Source of the DNA: Octopus bimaculoides
Lineage: Eukaryota
Length of the DNA stretch: 58,242 bases
Assembly (NCBI RefSeq): GCF_001194135.2
Contig: NC_068981.1
Span: 103,907,044-103,965,285, forward strand
Direction: 5' to 3'
Shown piece by piece: positions 37,033 through 47,590 of this stretch. How positions within the stretch are numbered: the stretch's first letter is position 1; each line of letters starts with the position of its first letter. The notes beneath the pieces were generated by a model. The model saw only the letters and a program-made list of their open reading frames with translations, made no database searches and was not told where the DNA came from. Made by a program: the position numbers and the translations under genes.

Positions 37033-37696
37033 NNNNNNNNNNNNNNNNNNNNNNNNNNNNNNNNNNNNNNNNNNNNNNNNNNNNNNNNNNNNNNNNNNNN
37101 NNNNNNNNNNNNNNNNNNNNNNNNNNNNNNNNNNNNNNNNNNNNNNNNNNNNNNNNNNNNNNNNNNNNNNNNNNNNNNNNNNNNNNNNNNNNNNNNNNNN
37201 NNNNNNNNNNNNNNNNNNNNNNNNNNNNNNNNNNNNNNNNNNNNNNNNNNNNNNNNNNNNNNNNNNNNNNNNNNNNNNNNNNNNNNNNNNNNNNNNNNNN
37301 NNNNNNNNNNNNNNNNNNNNNNNNNNNNNNNNNNNNNNNNNNNNNNNNNNNNNNNNNNNNNNNNNNNNNNNNNNNNNNNNNNNNNNNNNNNNNNNNNNNN
37401 NNNNNNNNNNNNNNNNNNNNNNNNNNNNNNNNNNNNNNNNNNNNNNNNNNNNNNNNNNNNNNNNNNNNNNNNNNNNNNNNNNNNNNNNNNNNNNNNNNNN
37501 NNNNNNNNNNNNNNNNNNNNNNNNNNNNNNNNNNNNNNNNNNNNNNNNNNNNNNNNNNNNNNNNNNNNNNNNNNNNNNNNNNNNNNNNNNNNNNNNNNNN
37601 NNNNNNNACACACACACACATAAAATGTACATATAGTATATATATATATATATATATATACTATATGTACATTTTATGTGTGTGTGTGTATGTACA

Positions 37697-38545
37697 AGGA
37701 CCAATCTCAGGACGTTGGGCCTCACAGAAGAAATTACAATGGACTGAGATGTCTGGTGATATGAAGTTCTAGAGAAGACCCACACATGTCAGCAAAACTG
37801 AATTCTAGAAGTGTTGTATGTCCAACCCACACTTAACAAGGAAGCTACTCACACACCCTACCACAACAAACCAGACTACATCTCTTCTCTTCCTCACATT
37901 TCCGCTTCATGCACTATGCTTTTCTCCCACTCCCCAATCCTGTCCTCTTGGGGCCCTGTGCCACTGTATCATTGCTCTCTACTATCCCCTGACCCGTGTG
38001 TTTCACCCACACAACCTGTCTCACTTTATTATTGCTTTCTGCCAGCTCCCAACCTGTGTGTTCCACCCACAAGTAACAAGAAAACTTTTCATTCACCCGA
38101 CCCCAACAAACCAATCTACATCTCCACATCTTTTCTCTTCCTCACATTTCCTCCTTCATACACTATGCCTAGTTCTCACTCCTCTATCCTGACCTCACGA
38201 CCTTGTTCCTCTGTATCATTGCTGTTCGATAGCACCCTGACCCTATCTACCCAGGTCTTTGCCAGTCACTCCTTTCCCCTCTGCACTCTTTAATCACACT
38301 TCCTTTGCGATACACTGCTACTTATAATATGGCATTCGAACCTCAAGGATATGTCTTGGCACTTGCCACCATCTATATTTCTCTCTTCCTTTACTCAACC
38401 ATCCCATTTATATTCTGATCCCCGTCCCTTGTGAGTATGCCTAGCATTTTGCCACCATCTCTATCCTGCTGTCTCCCACTCTTTCTCCTTCTGCACATCC
38501 CTTAGGTTGGGTAACATGTATTTCCTTTGTGGTGGCGCACCTGTT
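37697..38545 (+). mobile_element. RTE-type LINE 3' end with long pyrimidine-rich 3' UTR
   Basis: AATCTCAGGACGTTGGGCCTCACAGAAG..GAGAAGACCC is homologous to the RTE ORF end at about 43855-43930. Continues into a C/T-rich region; the 3' boundary is uncertain. Confidence 0.55.
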
Positions 38546-38560
38546 TCTGACTTCATTCCT

Positions 38561-38670
<110 letters not shown>

Positions 38671-38801
38671 CAAGTAACCTTGTACTTACTCTACAGCAAG
38701 ACACCTGTTTCTGTCTCCATATCACCTTTCATCATCTGACACAAAATCTCCTCCTCAAATATTCCCTCCCCTCTTGAAAGTTTTATTCTTTCTCTTGTAA
38801 G

Positions 38802-38842
<41 letters not shown>

Positions 38843-38857
38843 GTATATAACTGTAAC

Positions 38858-39455
38858 GATGCGTAGCTTAGTGGTTAAAGTATTCAGCTCACAATCATGA
38901 GGTTGTAAGTTGAATTGCTTGACAACGCATTTTGTCCTTGAGCAAGACACTTCATTTCACATTTCAAAAGACCAGCCTTGTCACACACACACACTGTCAC
39001 ACTGAATCTCTCTGAGAACTACATTAAGGGTACACATGTCCATGGTGTGCTCAGCCACTTGCATGTTAATTTCACAAGCAGGCTGTTCCGTTGATTAGAT
39101 CAACTGGAACCCTCGTCATCGTAACCAACGGAGTGCCAGTTATATATTTAACTGGTACTCTGTTGGTTACGATGACAAGTTTTCCAGTTGATCCAATCAG
39201 CCTGCTTCTGATATTTAACATGCAAGTAGCTGAGCACTCCGTAGACATGCATATCCTTAATGTAGATCTCAAGGAGATTCAGCATGACACAGAATGTGAC
39301 AAAACTGGCCCTTTGAAATACAGGTACTGCTCATTTTTGTCAGTTGGATGGACTGGAGCAATGTGAAACAAAGTGTCTTGTTCAAGGACACAAAATGCTG
39401 CCTCAAATCGAACTCATGACCTTATGATTCTGAGTCGAATACCCTAACTACTACA
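38858..39455. mobile_element. two SINE family C copies joined tail-to-tail (inverted pair)
   Basis: + copy 38858-39142 and - copy 39149-39455, separated by a 6-nt TATATT spacer. Confidence 0.85.
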
Positions 39456-39459
39456 CCTG

Positions 39460-39800
39460 ATTTTGTTTCAGTCATTGGAATACACCCATGCTGGTACACT
39501 GCCCTGAAGGATATAGTTGAACAAATCATTCCCAGCATTTATTTTTTTTTTAAGCCTGATGTATATTCTATCCACCAACTTTGCTGAACTGCTAGGTTAC
39601 AGAGCCATCACCAAACCAATACCGGACAAACACACATACACACATTTATGTCAGGCTTCTTTTTGTTTCCATCTACCAAATCCACTCACAAAATTTTGGT
39701 TGGTACAGCACTATAACAGAAGATACTTGCCCAAACTGCCAAACTGTGGGACTGAACCTGGAACCATGTGGTTGGGAAGCAAACTTCATATCACCTAGCC
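39460..39800 (-). mobile_element. degenerate SINE family A
   Basis: Diverged head, body and tail. Confidence 0.7.
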
Positions 39801-40309
39801 ACTTCTTACCAGAGCCATATATATTTTTATATACGCATGCACACACTTTTAAAGAATCATTTCAGTGTGTATGTATATGTGTAAATGTGTGTGTGGTGGG
39901 GTGCATGTGTGTGTGTGACCACATTAATTGTGATTGTATGTTATTATGTAGTCTTTGTTAAAAATTGAATTGGAGCAATTTCAATTTTTCGTGGGTATTG
40001 TTTAGTGTCCATATATATTATTGAGTGTCTATTCTTTCATAAATGAAAATTTAAATGAGTTATTATGAAGGATTTTGCTACGCTTTTCTCTGAATTGTTT
40101 GCCACACAAGACATTCATTTCAGTCTTAACTAGAAATAAGAAATATATTACGTGGATGATGATGATGGTGGTGGAGGTGGTGGTAGTAGTGATGGTGCTG
40201 CTGCTTGTCTATGTATATGTAGAAGAAGAATATGGATGTGTGTGTCAGTTTAAGTGTACATAATTATATAGATAGAAAAATATATTGCTAAGAAACACAT
40301 ACTATATAT

Positions 40310-40449
40310 AATATTTATATATATATATATGTATGCATATATGTACATATATATGTATGAATATATATATATATGTATGAATATATATATATATATATAT
40401 GTATGAATATATATATGTATGAATATATATATGTATGAATATATATATA
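40310..40449. repeat. compound (ATATATATGTATGA)n-type microsatellite running into a ~1-kb gap
   Basis: Direct. Confidence 0.85.
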
Positions 40450-42042
40450 NNNNNNNNNNNNNNNNNNNNNNNNNNNNNNNNNNNNNNNNNNNNNNNNNNN
40501 NNNNNNNNNNNNNNNNNNNNNNNNNNNNNNNNNNNNNNNNNNNNNNNNNNNNNNNNNNNNNNNNNNNNNNNNNNNNNNNNNNNNNNNNNNNNNNNNNNNN
40601 NNNNNNNNNNNNNNNNNNNNNNNNNNNNNNNNNNNNNNNNNNNNNNNNNNNNNNNNNNNNNNNNNNNNNNNNNNNNNNNNNNNNNNNNNNNNNNNNNNNN
40701 NNNNNNNNNNNNNNNNNNNNNNNNNNNNNNNNNNNNNNNNNNNNNNNNNNNNNNNNNNNNNNNNNNNNNNNNNNNNNNNNNNNNNNNNNNNNNNNNNNNN
40801 NNNNNNNNNNNNNNNNNNNNNNNNNNNNNNNNNNNNNNNNNNNNNNNNNNNNNNNNNNNNNNNNNNNNNNNNNNNNNNNNNNNNNNNNNNNNNNNNNNNN
40901 NNNNNNNNNNNNNNNNNNNNNNNNNNNNNNNNNNNNNNNNNNNNNNNNNNNNNNNNNNNNNNNNNNNNNNNNNNNNNNNNNNNNNNNNNNNNNNNNNNNN
41001 NNNNNNNNNNNNNNNNNNNNNNNNNNNNNNNNNNNNNNNNNNNNNNNNNNNNNNNNNNNNNNNNNNNNNNNNNNNNNNNNNNNNNNNNNNNNNNNNNNNN
41101 NNNNNNNNNNNNNNNNNNNNNNNNNNNNNNNNNNNNNNNNNNNNNNNNNNNNNNNNNNNNNNNNNNNNNNNNNNNNNNNNNNNNNNNNNNNNNNNNNNNN
41201 NNNNNNNNNNNNNNNNNNNNNNNNNNNNNNNNNNNNNNNNNNNNNNNNNNNNNNNNNNNNNNNNNNNNNNNNNNNNNNNNNNNNNNNNNNNNNNNNNNNN
41301 NNNNNNNNNNNNNNNNNNNNNNNNNNNNNNNNNNNNNNNNNNNNNNNNNNNNNNNNNNNNNNNNNNNNNNNNNNNNNNNNNNNNNNNNNNNNNNNNNNNN
41401 NNNNNNNNNNNNNNNNNNNNNNNNNNNCGATGAAACTTTTGGATCCATTGAACATTGTCTCTAATTTTAGTATGTCCGTTTAAGACTGTAAAATGTCTGA
41501 CTTTCTACTTTCCACATGCTTTGTGTTCTAACTTGAGATCTTTAGTCCTTATAACACATCCTATGATCTTATAATTCACACAGAGTTGAAATGCTGTTTG
41601 ATTTATTTTTTTCAGCGTACAATTTTCATCATCCCACTACCAAGTATGACATCACCCCCCTTCCTTCCTTATTCATCTATCACCCCTTCCCTTCTCATTC
41701 ATAAACACAAGAGTATTATTATAGTAGATTATCTCGGTAACCATGGGAGCTATGAAAAAAATACAAAGCCCAGCATCACCACTGGATCATTCTACACATC
41801 TGTGTAATTTTTCACCCAATTCCACCCAGCCGTTTGACCATGAATCCCAAGACAAAAAAGAATCACCCATGTCAAATTTATATGTACAGATATATATATA
41901 TATATATTAGTTTATGTGTATATTAATATTATCTCAGTTATTAAAACTTTCGATAATTTAAATACGTTAATGGTTACCAGAGGTAGCAAAGTTACACTAA
42001 AAAACAAGATACCCCAGCCGTTTTACAATTTGAGAAGATATG

Positions 42043-42516
42043 GATAATAATAAATGGAGCAAAATGCATGTCAATGAAAGTTCTTTTAATTCCTACATAT
42101 ATGTTTCGAAATAAATGATAGTACTTTCACAAAGAAGAAAGAGCTGTTGGGGTTCCTCATTTATTTCTCTTCGGGGAGATCATGATAAAACATGTAATAG
42201 CAAGACAAAAAGGAAATAATGGGGTAACTTACAAGATGAGATGTTATATGGTCAGTGACCGTTAGAAGGTTTGTTAGAAGGTAAACAAACCTTCTAACGG
42301 TCACTGACCATATAACATCTCAGCTTGTAAGTTACCCCATTATTTCGTTTTTGTCTTGCTATTACATGTTTTATCATGATCTCCCTGAAGAGAAATAAAT
42401 GAGGAACCCCAACAGCTCTTTCTTCTTTGTGAAAGTACTATCATTTATTTCGAAACATATATGTAGGAATTAAAGGAACTTTCATTGACATAGGTTTTGC
42501 TCCATTTATTATTATC
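42043..42516. repeat. near-perfect long palindrome (233-bp arms, 8-nt spacer) made of hammerhead-bearing pLTR-like arms
   Basis: Arms 42043-42275 and 42284-42516 differ at 7 positions (counted by hand). Spacer AGAAGGTA. Confidence 0.95.
42382..42468 (+). ncRNA. type I hammerhead ribozyme motif with canonical core
   Basis: Stem I TCC/GGA; CTGAAGA; 11-bp stem II GAAATAAATGA/TCATTTATTTC with 38-nt loop; GAAA; palindromic stem III ACATATATGT; GUA cleavage triplet (A42465). Confidence 0.85.
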
Positions 42517-42959
42517 TATATATGTATCTATATATGTATATAAATATATATATATATATGTATATATAAATAATAATAATGATAAGGGTAAAAAGTGATA
42601 TGCCTGCTCGTTTAATCCTCACGTTGTTTTTTTTACATATGGAAAAATTACCTAAAACTGAAAAGCTGAATATCAGCATCAACTAATTTCTGATCAGTGA
42701 AATTTGACTATTTTTCCTTACTACATAGCTTCTTTTAGTCACAACAAACACAAACACACACACACACATTAACACACTAAAACCTTTTTCTATACAAAAG
42801 ACTTGAAGTAACATGTGATCGCTTTTTTTTTCCTTCCCTCCTTTTCAGTTCAGCTACATATTTCAACTTTACCTCATGAATACACATACCAATATATTTC
42901 CATTTTAACTATAATAAACTTTCATTCTGTAAAATCTGTTTTTGTATATTTATTTTCAT

Positions 42960-44250
42960 ATAGGATCAGTCCTCATCTCCCTCTTGTTCATCATAGTCCT
43001 CCAGGCAATAACAGAGGAGCTCCTGGGAGCTCCTCTATGCTGATGACCTTGCTCTAATAGCTGAGTCATTACCTGACTAGAAAAGTTTCAAGTGTAGAAG
43101 CAAGGTCTAGAATTGAAGGACCTTAGAGTCAATCTAGCAAAAACCAAAGTCTTAGTTAGTAGGAAGGCGGACAAACCACAAATCCCTTCAGGTAGATGGC
43201 CCTGCTCAATCTGTAGTAAAGACGTAGGTAGAAACTCCATAAGATGTACCCAGTGTAAGCTAGGGACACATAAGTGGTGCAGCAATATCAAAGGAAGGGT
43301 AACTGGGAAGATAGCTTTTGTGTGTGGAAGATGCACAGGTGCAATAAGCACCAAAAATGTACAGAAAGCAGATTCAATCACATGCCAGGGGAAAAAACTA
43401 GTAGTAGTTGATATCTTCCATTACCTAGGTGACCAAGTCAGTAGCAGGGGTGGATGCTCTGAGAATGTAGCTGATAGAATAAGAATAGGCTGGGCAAATT
43501 TCAGAGAGGAGCTACTTCTGCTGGTAACAAAAGGCCTCTCACTCAGAGTGAAACGTAGACTGTATGATGCCTGTGCGCAAGCAGCCTATTACTGCTGAGG
43601 ACATGCATAGACTTGAAAGAAATGAAGCCAGTATGCTCCAGTGGATGTGTAATGTCAGTGTGCATGCACAACAGAGTGTAAGCACTCAGAGAGAAAAGTT
43701 GGACATAAGAAGCATCAGATGTGGTGTGCAAGAGAGACAATTGCACTGTTATAGTCATGTGATGCATATGGACGAGGTCAGCTGTGTAAAGAAGTGTCAC
43801 ACCCTAACAGTGGAAGGAACCAGGAAGATATGGGATGAGGTGGTGAAGCATGACCTTTGAATGTTGGGTTTTACAGAAGCAATGACAAGCGACTGAGACC
43901 TTTGAAGATATGCCGTGCTTGAGAAAGCTTGTCAAGTCAAGTGAGATGTTAGTCATGGCCAATGCCAGCATCACATAACTAGCCCATTTAAAAGCACACT
44001 TCAATCGTTGGGTAATATGCCATGCTTGTGCAGACCTGTTGAACCTTGGTTCAAATCATAGTTGTGGCTGATGCCAGTGGTGCCTGACTGGCACCTGTAC
44101 CAGTGACATGTAAAAAGCACCGTTCAAGCATGCCTGATGCCAGTGCCGCCTGACTGGCACCCATGTCAGTGGCACATAAAAAGCACCATTCAAGCATGAC
44201 CGATGCCAGTGCCGCCTGACTAGCTCCCATGTAAAGAGCACCATTTAATA
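42960..44250 (+). mobile_element. RTE-clade LINE, 5'-truncated (RT with YADD, PHD-like insert, thumb, 3' UTR repeats)
   Basis: GSVL..LLFIIVLQAITEE..WELLYADDLALIAES (YADD at 43036-43047), LRVNLAKTKV, C4HC3 finger, FHYLGD, LERNEASMLQWMCNV. Frameshifted. Confidence 0.92.
44070..44245 (+). repeat. 66-bp tandem repeat (~2.7 copies) in the LINE 3' UTR
   Basis: Units start at 44070, 44136 and 44202 (GATGCCAGTG..CTGACTGGCAC..AAAAAGCACC). Confidence 0.85.
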
Positions 44251-44413
44251 AAAAAAGTTTTAGTTTTCACTATCATGGCACTCTGTCGGTTACGACGATG
44301 TGGGTTCCAGTTGTACAACTAGAATCATTGTGACACTGTTTGCCAAAATTGGGTCTGTATATAATTGGTCCAGTCCAACAAGAAACTGCATAATTTTGTT
44401 TACTTAATTTCAT

Positions 44414-46353
44414 GTATCATGAAAATTGTCCGAAAACAATTATTCAGAAAATTGTTATTCGAATTGGCAATTTATTGATAGAAAATTATTCGAATTGACG
44501 ATTCTTTGATTTGTTTGCTGATTTGAATATGCGCCAGTGACAGATACGTTACCAGAAAGTGAAAGACAGAAAATACTTTGCTCATGCTGATTTACCTGGA
44601 ATTTATGTACCCTTTAAAATTGGCCAGATATATTGATGGTGGAAAAGGCAAGCCCATGCTCAAAATTGATGGTTTCATATTTGTAAAAGATAAGCAAATT
44701 GGAACCAAAATATATTGGAAGTGCAGTAAGTTTGCATTGTATTGTAAATGCTGTGCAATAACTAATGACGGGGAAGCTGTTAAAGTTTCTAATGAACATA
44801 ATCATTCTGGTGATTCCGTAAATATCAAAGTGCATATTTATATGAACAGAGTAAAACAAGAGGCTAAAGAAACCTGTGATTCCCCACATTATATCATTTC
44901 TTCTGCTGCCTTGCAGTTAAGTGAAAACATAGTGCAAGCTTTACCAGCAATAAGTTCTATAAAAAAGACTATTCACAATGTAAGACAAAAGGAGAGATCC
45001 GGCTTGGCTAATCCTATTCATAGAAGAGAAATTGTTTTCACTGATGAACAGACAAAAACTAATAAAGGGAAGCAATTTTTGCTATATGATTCAGGCCCTG
45101 GCCATGACAGAATGCTCATTTTCACAACTCAGAATAATTTGAGAATACTTGCATCAAGTGAACATTTACAAGTGGATGGAACATTTAAAACTGTACCTCA
45201 ACTATTTGAACAATTATACACAGTACATGCTATTAAGAATGATTTTATCATTCCAATAGTTTATGCCCTACTTCCAGATAAGACAGCCGACACTTATAGA
45301 AAATTGTTTGCTAAAATTACATCAAGTGTTCTTAATTTACAAGTTACAACTATAATGTTAGATTTTAAGCTTGCCACTATAACAGCTGTTAAAGAATTCA
45401 ACACAGCTTTACATTATGGATGTCTTTTTCACTTGGGTCAGTGCCTCTATCAAAAAATTTGTGAGTCTGGTCTCAAAGTAAATTATGATACCGATTCCGA
45501 GTTTGCTTTCAGCATTTGAATGCTGTTAGCCCTAGCCTTTGTCCCCATAGATAAAGTTGTTGAATCATTTGAGACTTTATTAGATTCCAAGATATATATA
45601 CTTCAATTGTGTATCCTATTCTGGATTATTTTGAAGATGTGTGGATTGGTCGTCCTTCAAGATATCATAGTTGAAGCCCTACATTATATCTAGGTGGTCT
45701 TGCTTTGAAAGAGTCAATGCTGGTTTACCAAGAACTAACAACTCCCTTGAAGGATGACATAGAGCTTTTTTACAGCAAGTGTCATCCCATCATCCCACAA
45801 TATGAAAATTCGTAGACACTCTTAAAAGAGAACAGGACTTGCAAGAAATTGATATTGCAAAAATAAGAGCAGGTTGCCAAAATATCAAGAGCACCAAAAA
45901 ATACCAAGACGCAAATGAAAGACTCAAGAAATTAGTGGCATTCTTAACGAGTACTCTTCAATAGTTGAGTATTGAAGTGGCATAGCATTTAACTTAACTC
46001 TATAAGCATTTTTTTTTAATCATTGCAAATAAAGATATATGTTTATTAAATAAATATCATTTGCATACCTGATTTTTAATTTTATCCTTTTTGTTTAAAC
46101 AAAAAGAATTTAGAATAATTAACATTTTGTATCATTAACATTTTGAATAATTTTCATTCATACAATTTTCCATTCGAATAAATGTTTTTCGAATAATTGT
46201 TTATGAATAAATGTTTTTCGAATAATTGTTTATGAATAAATGTTTTTCGAATAATTGTTTATGAATAAATGTTTTTCGAATAAATGTTTTTCAAATAATT
46301 ATTTTCGAATAATTGTTTTCGAACAATTATTTTCAAGCAATGTTCACATAATC
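44414..46353 (+). mobile_element. complete Mutator-superfamily (Phantom-like) transposon: FLYWCH + MULE transposase pseudogene
   Basis: 9-bp TSD TAATTTCAT at 44405-44413 and 46354-46362; imperfect TIRs. FLYWCH (IDGFIF..YWKC..C..HNH), VDGTFKTVPQLFEQLY, GCLFHLGQ, PRTNNSLEG. Several stops after 45517. Confidence 0.92.
46176..46335. repeat. subterminal 29-bp tandem repeats of the Mutator element
   Basis: GAATAAATGTTTTTCGAATAATTGTTTAT starts at 46176, 46205 and 46234, partial at 46263, then degenerate ~15-bp subunits. Confidence 0.9.
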
Positions 46354-46371
46354 TAATTTCATTCATATATC

Positions 46372-46535
46372 TTTTATCTTTTACTTGTTTCAATCATTAG
46401 ACTGCAGTCATGCTGGGGCACCACCTTCAAGAATTTTAATCACACAAATCAACCCCAATACTTAATTTTTTTTATATTTGTTTAAGCCTGGTACTTATTG
46501 TATCAGTTTCTTTTGTTGAACTGCTAAGTTATGAC
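46372..46535 (-). mobile_element. SINE family A 3' fragment
   Basis: TTTTACTTGTTTCAATCATTAGACTGCAGTCATGCTGGGGCACC tail. Confidence 0.7.
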
Positions 46536-47199
46536 CAAAGTGAAACCAAGGCTTTGGAAAAATTTGCTTGCTCTACTTGTAAAACCAAGAGATTGCTTGT
46601 GATTCAAAGTATTCTGTGGTGCAGTTGACATTTTCCCAAAGTATCACACTATAGGATAGAACTAGGGCCTCTGTGATAGAGAAGTGATGGGCAGATAAAA
46701 GGATATAAAATTTGACTGTGATTTTAACTCAAAATGTAAAGGAACGCCAAAAGATATTTTGACTGATTTTACTACACTCACTAAAAGCTTAGATATAAAG
46801 CAGTACTTATATCTTTGACATTTCTGTTGCATATAACACTGTGAAACTTGTTGGCTGTCAACCATTTATCATATCCTTCTTTCTATTTAATTTAAAGAAG
46901 CCAGTTTCAAAAGATATAGGAATGCTAATAAATCTGAACAATTTAAAATGTTAAAAGTCAAGATATGTAAAAATGATTTCTGTGCTAAAGACAATGAGAT
47001 GGAGTGAGAATAAGAAATTATGTATCTAATTGAAATTATCAACAAGCTAAGAAAAAAGTAGCAGTTTGTTACTGTAAAAAAATGCAATAACTAATATTTT
47101 CCTTTTAGATTACTAATTAGAAAACTAATAGCATTTTCTTGAGTGTATATGTAGACACAGAAATGCAACACAAAATATTTTTATGTTTGTGACATCTTC

Positions 47200-47400
47200 A
47201 CAGCAAGTTGACAGAAACATTAGCACACCAGGCAAAATGCTTAGCAGAATTTCGTCTATTTTTCTGTTCTGAGTTCTAATATCTCTGAGATCGACTTTGC
47301 TTTTCATCTTTTCAGGGTTAATAAAAATAAGTACCAGTCAAGCACTGGGGTCACTGTAATCAACTTGTTTCCTCAGCAAAAATTTCAGGCCTTATCCCTA
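47200..47400 (+). mobile_element. SINE family B
   Basis: GAGTTCTAAT..GATCGACTTTGCTTTTCATCTTTTCAGGG..AAGTACCAGTCAAGCACTGGGG. Confidence 0.7.
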
Positions 47401-47411
47401 TAGTAGATTAT

Positions 47412-47590
47412 TTAACACCCATGTTCCATGCTGACATGAGCTGGACAGTTTAACTGGATCAGTTCAAGTACTGAATCATACTCCAGTGTCTTCTTTGGTA
47501 TGGTTTCTGTAGCTAACACCCTCCTAACATCAACCATTCTACAGCATATACATGGTGCACTTTTTGTGCCACTGGCTCTAGTGAAGCCAC
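47412..47590 (-). mobile_element. RTE-type 3' tail element
   Basis: Reverse complement of the 20785 and 28705 tails. Confidence 0.6.

Noticed and set aside
37811-38293. 160-aa Pro/Ser/Thr-rich ORF
   Set aside because: Lies in the pyrimidine-rich region following an RTE ORF end; low complexity and no recognisable domain.
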